64,000 nt of DNA from Oscillospiraceae bacterium (GTDB taxonomy: Bacteria; Bacillota; Clostridia; Oscillospirales; CAG-272). The stretch is from the NCBI GenBank assembly GCA_015064345.1, contig SVSK01000002.1:82-64081 (forward strand), read 5' to 3'. The position numbers and the translations under genes are program-made. The notes below the pieces were generated by a model. That model was not told the DNA's origin and searched no databases. It saw only the letters and a program-made list of their open reading frames with translations. This document shows positions 16,869-26,220 of the stretch, one piece after another. The stretch's first letter is position 1; every line of letters starts with the position of its first letter.

Positions 16869-18128
16869 ATGAGCAAAAACATTATTGAAACAGTCCGCGC
16901 CAGAGAGATTCTCGATTCACGCGGTAACCCGACCGTTGAAGCAGTAGTTGTGCTGGAGGACGGCACATGCGGTATTGCATCTGCTCCATCCGGTGCATCG
17001 ACGGGCAAATACGAGGCTCATGAGCTTCGCGACGGAGATAAAAACAGATTCGGCGGCAAGGGTGTTCTCGGTGCTGTAGAGAATGTGAATGACAAGATTC
17101 AAACCGAGCTTCGCGGAGTCAGATGTGACATTGGAGTAGTTGATTGCAGGCTGATCCGACTGGATGACACTGAAAACAAGAAGCGACTTGGTGCAAATGC
17201 CATGCTTGCTGTCTCTATGGCTGCTGCCCGTGCCGCTGCATCCTATTACAAGCTTCCGCTGTATCGCTATTTAGGTGGCACGTCGGGCAAGACCTTACCC
17301 ATTCCGATGATGAATATCCTCAACGGAGGAGCGCACGCGGCAAACAACCTGGACATTCAGGAATTTATGATAATGCCCACAAAATTCGGCACGTTTTCCG
17401 AGGCTCTCCGTGCGGGGGTGGAGATCTGTCACAAGCTTGGTGCGATACTGAAGCAAAACGGTCACATATCCACGGTAGGTGACGAGGGTGGATTTGCCCC
17501 AAATCTTCAATCGGCGGATGAAGCTCTTGACTATATTCTTCGGGCGATAAACGAAGCGGGATACGAAAAGGAACAAGTTCAGATAGCGATAGATGCCGCA
17601 TCAAGTGAGTGGGCAAACGGTGGCACCTATACCTTGCCAAAGAACGGCAAAAGCTACTCTTCCGCTGAACTTATAAACGAGTGGAGTCGACTTTGCGGTA
17701 AATACCCTCTTGTTTCCATTGAGGACGGTATGGGCGAGGATGATGACGACGGTTGGAGTGAGATGACTGATCAGATCGGGGATCACTGCATGCTTGTGGG
17801 AGACGATTATTTCGTAACAAATCCCAAGAAGCTCAAAGTCGGTATTGACAATCATCGCGCTAATGCGATTCTCATAAAGCCTAACCAGATTGGCACACTG
17901 ACTGAAACAATTGAAGTGGTCAACCTTGCCCGCTCACACGGATACCGAACAATTATATCCCATCGGTCAGGAGAAACAACGGATACAACCATCGCGGATA
18001 TAGCTGTAGCGCTGAATGCAGGCTATATCAAAACCGGAGCTCCCGTTCGCGGAGAGAGAGTCGCAAAATACAACAGACTTTTGCGTATTGAAAGTGAGCT
18101 GGGTGGAGACGGAAAATACGGCGGTTGA
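16869..18128 (+). CDS. eno: Enolase (phosphopyruvate hydratase)
   Basis: [25 protein letters not shown].., ..[18 protein letters not shown]... ATG 16869 preferred over track TTG 16851. Confidence 0.95.
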   Translation: MSKNIIETVRAREILDSRGNPTVEAVVVLEDGTCGIASAPSGASTGKYEAHELRDGDKNRFGGKGVLGAVENVNDKIQTELRGVRCDIGVVDCRLIRLDDTENKKRLGANAMLAVSMAAARAAASYYKLPLYRYLGGTSGKTLPIPMMNILNGGAHAANNLDIQEFMIMPTKFGTFSEALRAGVEICHKLGAILKQNGHISTVGDEGGFAPNLQSADEALDYILRAINEAGYEKEQVQIAIDAASSEWANGGTYTLPKNGKSYSSAELINEWSRLCGKYPLVSIEDGMGEDDDDGWSEMTDQIGDHCMLVGDDYFVTNPKKLKVGIDNHRANAILIKPNQIGTLTETIEVVNLARSHGYRTIISHRSGETTDTTIADIAVALNAGYIKTGAPVRGERVAKYNRLLRIESELGGDGKYGG

Positions 18129-18230
18129 GTTCTCGCGGCGCAATTTTGAACAAACCGTGAATTAATCCGTGTCGCTATTGCATTTAGGAGAGAGTTGTGA
18201 TATAATACTTTAGTATTTGACAGCAAAAAT

Positions 18231-18528
18231 AGCTCGTGAATCAAGGCCATACCAGCCGGGGGAGCAGCGGGTCCCTGTACTCGAAGTCCGCTACAGCGAG
18301 GGTGGATCCCCGATTTGAGGGCGTTTATTGCGTAGTCTGTGCCATACGGAATGTGTTGACAAATGGGTCTTGCGCGATTGGCGGCTGTGAACCATGTCAG
18401 GTGGGGAACCAAGCAGCATTAAGCAGTTAAGCTGATGCGCCGCAGGGTAGCCTGTTTCGAGCAGGAAACTATGGTGTCGTGCGTGATAACCGTTCGATTT
18501 GAGGGTGTATGGTCTTGATTTGCGAGCT
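18231..18528 (+). ncRNA. ffs: Signal recognition particle RNA, long (Firmicute) form
   Basis: The 5' end AGCTCGTGAATCAAGGCCATAC pairs with the 3' end GTATGGTCTTGATTTGCGAGCT. Internal GTCAGGTGGGGAACCAAGCAGC resembles the conserved domain IV. TGaTATAAT lies upstream (18198-18206) and a T run follows at 18530-18535. Classic position upstream of dnaX-ybaB-recR. Confidence 0.8.
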
Positions 18529-18562
18529 ATTTTTTGTTAATTCTTCAAAGGAGGGCGTACTC

Positions 18563-20152
18563 ATGCACCAGGCGTTATACAGAAAATACAGACCGCGCAC
18601 CTTTGACGACGTATGCGGTGAGGATCACGTTACCTCTGTGCTGAAATATGAAGCCCGTGAGTCTCGCTTCTCTCACGCTTATCTTTTCTGCGGACCTCGC
18701 GGTACAGGTAAGACCACATGTGCGAAAATTCTCGCCAAGGCTCTTAACTGCGAATCTCCGATCGACGGCGATCCTTGCGGAAAGTGCTTTGCATGCACAT
18801 CCATTGATGAAGGCCGAGCAACTGACGTGCTTGAAATGGACGCAGCGTCAAACAACGGTGTTGACTACATCCGCGACATCCGTGACGAGGTAAACTACAC
18901 TCCCTCTTCTCTGAAAAAGCGCGTGTACATTATCGATGAGGTACACATGCTCTCGGTCAGCGCGTTCAATGCTCTGCTCAAGACTCTTGAAGAGCCGCCG
19001 GAGCACGTTGTATTCATTCTCGCAACAACCGAGTTCCACAAGCTCCCCGCAACTATCGTGTCCCGTTGTCAGCGATTTGACTTCCGCCGCATCAAGGCAG
19101 ACGTCATTGCCGATAGACTCATGTACATTGCAAAGGCCGAGGGTCTTGTACTGGACGAAAACGCAGCAAAGACTATCGCAAAGCAGGCACAGGGCGGCAT
19201 GCGTGACGCGATAAGCTTGTTTGAGCTTTGCTCTGCAGGCGGTCATGACGTTACACCCGAGCACGTTTCCGAGGTTCTCGGTCTGACCGGCATTGAAATA
19301 CTGTATAAAACAGCCGTTGCAGTAGCAAAAAACGATGCAGGGGCCATGTTTAAGATAATCAGTACCGTTGATTCCTCATCAAAGGACATTTCGGTTTACT
19401 GGTCGGAGCTTATCGGATTCTGGCGCGATATGCTTGTTATCAAGTATCTGTCCGAGGGCGACCGTGCTGACTATCTCGATCTCACCGAGCCTGAAATGAG
19501 GCTTCTTGCGGATGCATCCCGCAGGTTCACCGCTGAGACTCTTACCCATCACTTCGAGCTTCTTGATGAGGCACTTCGCGAGATGACCCGTCTCCCCCAG
19601 ACAAAGCGGCTCATTTCCGAGCTGACACTGATAAAAATGAGTGACAACTCACTCGACACCACCACTTCTTCCCTGCTCGCCCGAATTTCCGAGCTTGAAG
19701 AAAAGGTGAGTCTGCTTGAGTCTTCACCCAGAGCTTCTGCTCCTGCGAAAACAGTCGAGGCACCGGTTGAGATAAGCAAAAAAGCAGACAAACAGGCGTC
19801 TGAAATTCAAAAAACGCCCGTAGAGGAAACAAAGTCTGCAGAACCCGCTCCCGAAAAATCCATGAATCCCGTGGATCTCTCCGACGTTGCCGAGCGTATT
19901 TCCGAGAAAAATCCCTCGGTTTCCGGCTTCCTCATTGAGTGCGACTGCTTCTCAGATGAGGGCGGCAACGAAATACTAATCAAGGTTCCGAATAACTTCG
20001 CAAAAATGATGCTATCTACCGAATCGGCAATGCAGTCCATGCAGTCCGCATTCAGAATGTGTGGAATCACTCAGCCCGGTGCTGTTATCACAGTTGAGGT
20101 AGGCGAGGTTGCAAAGAAAAAGCCCGCGATCGACGAGCTCGAAGAGTTTTAA
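18563..20152 (+). CDS. dnaX: DNA polymerase III subunit gamma/tau
   Basis: YRPRTFDDVCGEDHV, GPRGTGKTT, Zn module CESPIDGDPCGKCFAC, IIDEVHMLS, SRCQRFDF. ATG 18563 lies 7 nt after AAGGAGGG. Track start 18509 would overlap the SRP RNA. Confidence 0.95.
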   Translation: MHQALYRKYRPRTFDDVCGEDHVTSVLKYEARESRFSHAYLFCGPRGTGKTTCAKILAKALNCESPIDGDPCGKCFACTSIDEGRATDVLEMDAASNNGVDYIRDIRDEVNYTPSSLKKRVYIIDEVHMLSVSAFNALLKTLEEPPEHVVFILATTEFHKLPATIVSRCQRFDFRRIKADVIADRLMYIAKAEGLVLDENAAKTIAKQAQGGMRDAISLFELCSAGGHDVTPEHVSEVLGLTGIEILYKTAVAVAKNDAGAMFKIISTVDSSSKDISVYWSELIGFWRDMLVIKYLSEGDRADYLDLTEPEMRLLADASRRFTAETLTHHFELLDEALREMTRLPQTKRLISELTLIKMSDNSLDTTTSSLLARISELEEKVSLLESSPRASAPAKTVEAPVEISKKADKQASEIQKTPVEETKSAEPAPEKSMNPVDLSDVAERISEKNPSVSGFLIECDCFSDEGGNEILIKVPNNFAKMMLSTESAMQSMQSAFRMCGITQPGAVITVEVGEVAKKKPAIDELEEF

Positions 20153-20207
20153 GTCAAGTGGCAAATAATTACGATAAATAATTTTCTAAATATACGAGGT
20201 ACATAAC

Positions 20208-20561
20208 ATGAAAGCAAAACTTCCCAAGGGCGTAGGCGGCGGTCCCGGCAATATGCAGAGCATGCTCAAGCAGGCACAGAAGATGCAGGAGGATATGAAC
20301 ACACTCCGCGATGAGCTTGACGAACGTGAATACGAGGTCAAGGCGGGCGGCGGCGTTGTTACTGTAAAGATCAACGGCAAGCTTGAAATTCTCGGCATTG
20401 ATATCGATCCCGAAATCGTTGATCCCGACGACATCGAGACCCTCTCCGACATTCTCACAGCAGGCGTTAACGAGGCGATCAAGAAGGTTAACGACACAAA
20501 CGCAGAGGAAATGAACAAGATCACCGGCAGTCTCGGACTCGGTATGCCCGGTCTCTTCTAA
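20208..20561 (+). CDS. ybaB: YbaB/EbfC-family nucleoid-associated protein
   Basis: 117 aa. ..MQSMLKQAQKMQEDM.. and ..GGGVVTVKINGKLEILGIDIDPE... Conserved dnaX-ybaB-recR order. Confidence 0.9.
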   Translation: MKAKLPKGVGGGPGNMQSMLKQAQKMQEDMNTLRDELDEREYEVKAGGGVVTVKINGKLEILGIDIDPEIVDPDDIETLSDILTAGVNEAIKKVNDTNAEEMNKITGSLGLGMPGLF

Positions 20562-20564
20562 GCC

Positions 20565-21173
20565 ATGGCAGAAAACATTGAACCTCTCGAGAGGCTTACG
20601 GATATGTTTCGCAAGCTTGACGGTGTCGGCAAAAAATCCGCTGCCCGTTATGCTTTTTGCGTACTGAATTTCACGGAATCCGAAGCATATGATTTTGCTC
20701 AGGCAATAATTGCGGCGAAAACCGAGATAAAGAAGTGCTCCGTGTGTTGCAACATTACCACACACGAGGTCTGCGACATCTGCGACTCAGACACAAGAGA
20801 TCATTCCACGGTTTGTGTGGTAGAGGATCCCCGTGCGGTTCTCGCAATCGAGAAGACCCGTCAGTTCGGCGGTGTTTATCACGTGCTTCACGGAACTATC
20901 TCCCCCATGCGCGGTATCACTCCAGACAAGCTGACAATAAAAGAGCTTATTGCCAGAATCGGCGACGAGGAGCACCCTGTGCGCGAGCTTATTCTCGCCA
21001 CAAACCCTACCGTTGAGGGTGAAGCAACAGCTATGTACATTGCAAAGCTCATCTCCCCTCTCGGAGTTAAGGTAACACGTATCGCAAACGGCGTTCCCGT
21101 AGGCGGTGACCTTGAATATGCAGACGAGGTAACGCTCCGTCGTGCAATGGAAGGTAGATACTCTATACTTTAA
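20565..21173 (+). CDS. recR: Recombination protein RecR
   Basis: Zn finger CSVCCNITTHEVCDIC; Toprim VCVVEDPRAVLAIE; ..ILATNPTVEGEATAMYI... Confidence 0.95.
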   Translation: MAENIEPLERLTDMFRKLDGVGKKSAARYAFCVLNFTESEAYDFAQAIIAAKTEIKKCSVCCNITTHEVCDICDSDTRDHSTVCVVEDPRAVLAIEKTRQFGGVYHVLHGTISPMRGITPDKLTIKELIARIGDEEHPVRELILATNPTVEGEATAMYIAKLISPLGVKVTRIANGVPVGGDLEYADEVTLRRAMEGRYSIL

Positions 21174-21178
21174 TAAAA

Positions 21179-21216
21179 CTTCTCCCTACGTCAGGCGGCG
21201 CGGGGAGATTTTTGTT
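21179..21216 (+). terminator. Terminator after recR
   Basis: TCTCCC (21181-21186) pairs with GGGAGA (21203-21208), followed by T5. Confidence 0.6.
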
Positions 21217-21286
21217 TTGCTGTAGACTTCACGGAAGATTTATGGTATAATGATTTCATTGAAATACCAAAAAGCAAAGGAACGCT

Positions 21287-23875
21287 ATGAAAAATCTTGT
21301 TGTAGGGATCCTTGCTCATGTTGACGCGGGTAAGACTACACTATCGGAAGCCCTGCTCTACACCACCGGTAAAATAAAAAAAGCCGGACGTGTGGATCAT
21401 CGCAACACTTACCTTGACACCCATGAGCTTGAAAGAGACCGCGGGATCACAATTTTCTCCAAGCAGGCGATATTTGAAACGCCGAACATAAAGGTCACTC
21501 TGCTTGACACCCCCGGTCACGTGGATTTTTCAGCGGAGGCAGAGCGTACCTTGTCTGTACTCGACTATGCCATTCTCGTTATCAGCGGAAGCGAGGGAGT
21601 GCAGGCACACACGGATACTCTCTGGCATCTTCTTGAGAGATACTCCGTTCCAACCTTTATTTTCGTTACGAAAATGGATCTTTCCCCTTATGACAAAGAG
21701 CATTTAATGAAGGATCTTACCGCCCATCTCTCCCAGTCTTGCGTGGACTTTACAACTGCAGAGGATCTTCACGAGCGCGTTGCTATGACGGACGAAGATG
21801 TGCTCGAGAAGTTCATGGACTGCGGTACGGTAGATGAAAGCGATATAATTCGGCTTACTGCTGACAGGCACCTGTTCCCTTGCTTCTTCGGAAGTGGGCT
21901 AAAAATGGACGGTGTTGACGCCCTCATCTCCGCATTGGAGAACTACACCGCAGAAAAAAAGTATCCCGATGAGTTCTCAGCACGAGTATATAAGATAGGT
22001 CATGACACAAACGGCGCAAAAATCACTTATCTGAAGGTCACTGGCGGCAAGCTGAATCAGCGGCAGGTACTCAAATATACTCCCGTGGGTGAAGAAGAGC
22101 CCATTGAAGAAAAGATCACGGGGATCCGAGCATATTCGGGCGCGAAATTCGATCCCATAGATTCTTGTCCTGCAGGTCAGGTATGCGCCGTTATGGGCCT
22201 CTCAGGCACGTACAGCGGTCAGGGTCTCGGTGGCGAAAGCACAACTTCCACGCCTTATCTCGAGCCGGTCCTCAACTACCGCATAGTACTTCCGAAGGAT
22301 GCTGACCCGAGAGTCATTCTGCCAAAGCTAAAGATGCTTGAGGAAGAAGAACCTCTGCTCCACATCGTTTGGAACGAACGCTTCGGTGAGATACACGCCC
22401 AGCTTATGGGACAGGTACAGTGTGAAATTCTCGTAAGTCTTATAAAAGACCGCCTCGGAATCGACGTAAGCTTTGCAGACGGAAACATCATGTATAAGGA
22501 AACGATTACAAGCGCGGGCGAGGGCGTTGGACATTTCGAGCCGCTCAGACACTATGCCGAAGTACATCTCATTCTCGAACCTCTCCCCCGCGGTTCGGGA
22601 CTTGTGTTTGACTCCATTGCAGACGAAGATCATTTTGAGAGAAACTGGCAGAGGCTTGTGCTGTTTTTTCTTGAAGCAAAGACGCATCTCGGCGTGCTGA
22701 CAGGCTCTCCCATAACCGATATGAAGATTAGCCTTGTTTCGGGCAGAGCTCATCTGAAACACACAAGCGGTGGAGATTTCCGTGAAGCCACTTACCGCGC
22801 TGTACGTCACGGACTTATGATGCTCCGCGAAAAAGGAAAATGTGAGATCCTTGAGCCGTACTACGCATTCAGTCTTGAGGTTCCCGGTGAATGTATCGGG
22901 CGTGCCATGTCTGATATCGTTGCCAGACACGGAACATTTACCGAACACGAATCTGCACCCGGAACATCCCGTCTTGTTGGTCGCGCTCCGGTTGCTTCAA
23001 TTTCCGATTATGCGAAAGAAGTGGCGTCTTACACCCATGGCAAGGGACGCTTCTCCTGTAGAGTTGACGGATACTACCCCTGCCACAACAGCGACGAGAT
23101 AATTGCACAGTTCTCATACGAGCCTGAAGCGGATCTTGACAATACCCCTGACTCGGTGTTCTGTTCGCACGGCGCGGGATTTGTTGTACCGTGGTGGCAG
23201 GTGACAGATTACATGCATCTCGGTCTCTGTGACATAAGCTATGACACTCCGCCTGAACTGATGAAAGCGCCTGAGGTAATTCAGCGTAACATCAACATTG
23301 ACGAAAAAGAGCTTGAGGCGATAATGGAGCGCGAGTTTGGCCCAATTAAACGCAGAGTCTACGGAAAAGCCAAGGAGCAGGCGCACTTACCTGACGTTAA
23401 GAATCCGAAATACAAAAAATCCCTCTACGTCATCGACGGATACAACGTCATCTTTGCCTGTCCTGAGCTTGCCGCAATTGCGGAGCACGATCTCGAAACT
23501 GCGCGGCGTGACCTATGTGATATTCTCGCAAATTACCACGGATTCACAAAGCGCGACATCGTTGTGGTGTTTGACGCGTATAATGTGAAGGGCTCGGTTG
23601 AGAGAAAATTCAGCCACAATGGCATAAACGTAGTCTACACCAAAGAGGACGAGCTCGGAGATACTTACATTGAAAAGTTCGTTGACAAGATCGGCAGAGA
23701 CTACAACGTGCGCGTGGTAACCTCCGACGGTCTCGTTCAGCTTCAGGCATTCCGTTCCGGTGTTTTGCGCCTGTCCGCGAGAGAATTTTGGAATGAGATC
23801 ACCGCAGTAGATGAAGAGATAAACGAAATTCTGAAAGAACTGAAGAAAAATACAGTAAAACCGCAAAAGTCATGA
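21287..23875 (+). CDS. Translational GTPase (EF-G/TetM-like, aa 1-~620) fused to a YacP/Rae1-type NYN ribonuclease domain (aa ~713-835)
   Basis: G1 AHVDAGKTT, G2 RGITI, G3 DTPGH, G4 TKMD. Domain V-like ILEPYYAFSLEVP. C-terminal LYVIDGYN..VVVFDAYNVKG..YTKEDELGDTYIE..VVTSDG..LSAREF. TGgTATAAT upstream at about 21250. Confidence 0.8.
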   Translation: MKNLVVGILAHVDAGKTTLSEALLYTTGKIKKAGRVDHRNTYLDTHELERDRGITIFSKQAIFETPNIKVTLLDTPGHVDFSAEAERTLSVLDYAILVISGSEGVQAHTDTLWHLLERYSVPTFIFVTKMDLSPYDKEHLMKDLTAHLSQSCVDFTTAEDLHERVAMTDEDVLEKFMDCGTVDESDIIRLTADRHLFPCFFGSGLKMDGVDALISALENYTAEKKYPDEFSARVYKIGHDTNGAKITYLKVTGGKLNQRQVLKYTPVGEEEPIEEKITGIRAYSGAKFDPIDSCPAGQVCAVMGLSGTYSGQGLGGESTTSTPYLEPVLNYRIVLPKDADPRVILPKLKMLEEEEPLLHIVWNERFGEIHAQLMGQVQCEILVSLIKDRLGIDVSFADGNIMYKETITSAGEGVGHFEPLRHYAEVHLILEPLPRGSGLVFDSIADEDHFERNWQRLVLFFLEAKTHLGVLTGSPITDMKISLVSGRAHLKHTSGGDFREATYRAVRHGLMMLREKGKCEILEPYYAFSLEVPGECIGRAMSDIVARHGTFTEHESAPGTSRLVGRAPVASISDYAKEVASYTHGKGRFSCRVDGYYPCHNSDEIIAQFSYEPEADLDNTPDSVFCSHGAGFVVPWWQVTDYMHLGLCDISYDTPPELMKAPEVIQRNINIDEKELEAIMEREFGPIKRRVYGKAKEQAHLPDVKNPKYKKSLYVIDGYNVIFACPELAAIAEHDLETARRDLCDILANYHGFTKRDIVVVFDAYNVKGSVERKFSHNGINVVYTKEDELGDTYIEKFVDKIGRDYNVRVVTSDGLVQLQAFRSGVLRLSAREFWNEITAVDEEINEILKELKKNTVKPQKS

Positions 23876-23900
23876 TAGGCTGATGCGGTTTTTCCTTTTT
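23857..23900 (+). terminator. Terminator after the GTPase-NYN gene
   Basis: AACCGCA (23859-23865) pairs with TGCGGTT (23884-23890), followed by a T run. The stem spans the stop codon. Confidence 0.6.
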
Positions 23901-23964
23901 ATGTATAGCCAAGCAAGTACGGTGGAATAATATGCTTGAACAAACAGAAAGCGAGGAATAATCA

Positions 23965-24630
23965 ATGTTCAAGCACGAAAAAGCGTTATTTCACCCGGTA
24001 GCTATTGAAAAGCCCAATCCACAGTACGCCGCACTTCTCCAAGAGCAGCTCGGAGGCGGCAACGGTGAACTGAAGGCTGCTATGCAGTATATGTCACAAA
24101 GCTTCCGCATCAAGGATCAGGAAATCAAAGATCTGTTTCTCGATATTGCCGCAGAGGAGCTCGGACATATGGAAATGGTGGCACAGACCATCAATCTGCT
24201 CAACGGTCACGATGTAAACGCAACAACTGTCCCTCACGGAGAGATACAGACACACGTCCAGCTTGGGCTCAACCCCGGTCTTATCAACGCCTCCGGATAC
24301 TCGTGGACGGCTGATTATGTTACCGTCACAGGAGATCTTTGTGCCGATCTGCTATCAAACATAGCATCCGAGCAACGGGCAAAAGTGGTTTACGAATATC
24401 TCTACCGTCAGATCGAGGACAAAAAGGTGCGTGAGACTATTGACTTTTTGCTCAACCGTGAGGAAGCGCATAACGCCATGTTCCGCGAGGCATTCAACAA
24501 GGTTCAGAATAGTGGTTCAAACCGAGATTTCGGCACAACCAAGGCGGCAAAAATGTATTTCAGTATGTCCGAGCCCTCCCCGTCAGACAACTTTGCCGAC
24601 ACAAAAGTAAAAGAAGTGGCGTTCAAATGA
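23965..24630 (+). CDS. Manganese catalase-family protein (CotJC-like)
   Basis: ..PNPQYAALLQEQLGGGNGELKAAMQYMSQSF.. and ..AAEELGHMEMV.. are ferritin-like Mn-catalase blocks. 221 aa. Confidence 0.8.
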   Translation: MFKHEKALFHPVAIEKPNPQYAALLQEQLGGGNGELKAAMQYMSQSFRIKDQEIKDLFLDIAAEELGHMEMVAQTINLLNGHDVNATTVPHGEIQTHVQLGLNPGLINASGYSWTADYVTVTGDLCADLLSNIASEQRAKVVYEYLYRQIEDKKVRETIDFLLNREEAHNAMFREAFNKVQNSGSNRDFGTTKAAKMYFSMSEPSPSDNFADTKVKEVAFK

Positions 24631-24637
24631 ATATGTG

Positions 24638-24668
24638 AAGTGCAAGGTGTGTAGCTTTGCACTTTTTT
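24638..24668 (+). terminator. Terminator after the Mn-catalase gene
   Basis: AAGTGCAA (24638-24645) pairs with TTGCACTT (24657-24664), followed by a T run. Confidence 0.7.
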
Positions 24669-24691
24669 ATCGTTTTTTTTCTAAAAACTCA

Positions 24692-24720
24692 TTGACATTT
24701 GACATTATTGGGGGTAAAAT
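24692..24720 (+). promoter_or_regulatory. Promoter of the oxidoreductase gene
   Basis: TTGACA (24692-24697), 17-nt spacer, TAAAAT (24715-24720). Confidence 0.55.
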
Positions 24721-24762
24721 GACCTTGTATGTTTTTTACAAATAATGAAAGGACAAACTACT

Positions 24763-26004
24763 ATGAAGAAGAGATATGCATTTGCAGGTTCATCATCACG
24801 TGCACTTTGGATGTATGCTAAGCCTATGGCATCAGAGGAGCTCAAGGATGTAACCGAGCTTTGCGGAGTTTTTGATATCAACCCCGGACGCGCGGCTGAA
24901 TTTGTGAAAATCGTCGGCATGGATATGCCCATTTACACAGATTTCGATAAGATGATCGAGGAAACAAAGCCCGATTACGTTATCGTTACAACAGTTGACG
25001 CTTACCACAGCGACTATATTATCCGCGCATTGGAGCTTGGCTGCAACGTTATCACAGAAAAGCCCATGACTACCGACGAAAATAAGTGCAACGCCATCCT
25101 TGAAGCAAAGGAAAAGTACGGCAAGGAGGTTATCGTAACCTTCAACTATCGTTTTGCTCCTTTCAAGACAAAGATCAAGGAAATTATCGATTCCGGTGTC
25201 ATCGGTGATATCTACAGCGTTCACTTCGAGTGGCTTCTTGACAGAGTAATGAAGCTCGGCGCACACGGAGCAAGCTATTTCAGACGCTGGAATGCAAGAA
25301 TGGCAAAGAGCAGCGGTCTGCTTGTACATAAATCCACTCACCACTTCGACCTTGTTAACTGGTGGATCGGTCAGAAGCCCAAGAGAGTTTCTGCTTTCGG
25401 TAAGCTGAATCTCTATGGTGCAAAGAATGCAAAGTTCCAGAACACTACACGTTGCTGCGAATGTCCTTATGCAAAGGAATGCGAATTCTACTATGAAATG
25501 ACTCCCCTGGAGCTGGATTACTACAAGGCAAATGAGCAGTATGACGGCTACTGGAAGGATAATTGCGTATATGCTGAAGACATCGACATTTACGACACAA
25601 TGGCAGTTAACGTTGAGTATGACGGCGGCGCGATCATGACATACTCCCTCAATGCCACAACAGCTTACGAGGGTTGGCGCATTGTTATCAACGGCTCGGG
25701 GGGCAGACTTGAGGCAACTGAATATGAATCAGGCTTCCAGTCCAAGGTGAACGAAGATGTTGTTAAGGTATTTGATCTTGACGACAACTGCACAGAGTAT
25801 CACATTACACGCGGTGGCGGCGGTCACGGTGGTGGAGACCAGAGACTGCGCAATATGGTATTCAGAGACAACGTACCGGATCCCCTGGGTCACAAGGCAG
25901 GTACAATGGACGGTGCATACTCCATTATCGTTGGCGTTGCGGCAAACAAGTCCATCAAGGAAGGCAAGATCATTGATATTGATGATCTGCTTAACAGAAA
26001 GTAA
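24763..26004 (+). CDS. Gfo/Idh/MocA-family NAD(P)-dependent oxidoreductase
   Basis: N-terminal Rossmann-like KRYAFAGSSSRA; NVITEKPM motif. ATG 24763 lies 9 nt after AAAGGA; alternative in-frame ATG at 24745. Confidence 0.75.
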   Translation: MKKRYAFAGSSSRALWMYAKPMASEELKDVTELCGVFDINPGRAAEFVKIVGMDMPIYTDFDKMIEETKPDYVIVTTVDAYHSDYIIRALELGCNVITEKPMTTDENKCNAILEAKEKYGKEVIVTFNYRFAPFKTKIKEIIDSGVIGDIYSVHFEWLLDRVMKLGAHGASYFRRWNARMAKSSGLLVHKSTHHFDLVNWWIGQKPKRVSAFGKLNLYGAKNAKFQNTTRCCECPYAKECEFYYEMTPLELDYYKANEQYDGYWKDNCVYAEDIDIYDTMAVNVEYDGGAIMTYSLNATTAYEGWRIVINGSGGRLEATEYESGFQSKVNEDVVKVFDLDDNCTEYHITRGGGGHGGGDQRLRNMVFRDNVPDPLGHKAGTMDGAYSIIVGVAANKSIKEGKIIDIDDLLNRK

Positions 26005-26011
26005 ACTTATC

Positions 26012-26046
26012 AAAGGGGCTCTCACGGGCCTCTTTTGTGTTTTGCC
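26012..26046 (+). terminator. Terminator after the oxidoreductase gene
   Basis: AAAGGGGC (26012-26019) pairs with GCCTCTTT (26028-26035), followed by a T-rich tail. Confidence 0.55.
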
Positions 26047-26220
26047 GTTTTGCACAGTTTGATCATGAAGTTTTTGTGTGATATAACGAAACAGAAAAAG
26101 TTGTCAATATATGTCCGTTTATGAAGCCAAAAAACAAGAACTGTCCCATCCCGCATCTTGCGGTTTTGGGTATAATGTGATAAAATATCATTGTAACATT
26201 TTCCGAAAAGGAGAAAAAAT

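Noticed and set aside
18509-18562. N-terminally extended starts given by the ORF track: dnaX 18509, eno 16851, sdaA 31023, GH32 12895, MFS 36704, GNAT 61670, rpsF 62411, hypothetical 57315, ccdA 51280, tlpA 50604, TPM 43501
   Set aside because: In each case a downstream in-frame start has a proper Shine-Dalgarno sequence at 4-9 nt. The extension also overlaps a promoter, an RNA gene (SRP RNA) or the neighbouring CDS.
19777-19803. Possible dnaX -1 frameshift site. C AAA AAA G lies at 19777-19784 in the linker between the gamma-like part and the tau C terminus. The -1 frame stops 6 codons later (TGA 19801-19803), and small hairpins lie downstream.
   Set aside because: The zero-frame phasing is C-AAA-AAA rather than the canonical A-AAA-AAG, so P-site re-pairing is imperfect. 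There is no upstream SD-like stimulator, and the downstream stems are only 5 bp. An early off-frame stop is expected by chance. From memory, Firmicute dnaX is not known to frameshift. It is worth only a proteomic glance.
21287-23875. Calling the GTPase a tet(M)/tet(O)-type tetracycline resistance gene
   Set aside because: The resemblance is limited to generic translational-GTPase blocks. The gene is chromosomal, has no mobile context and carries an extra NYN domain. A resistance call would be an over-annotation without MIC data or close identity to known Tet proteins.
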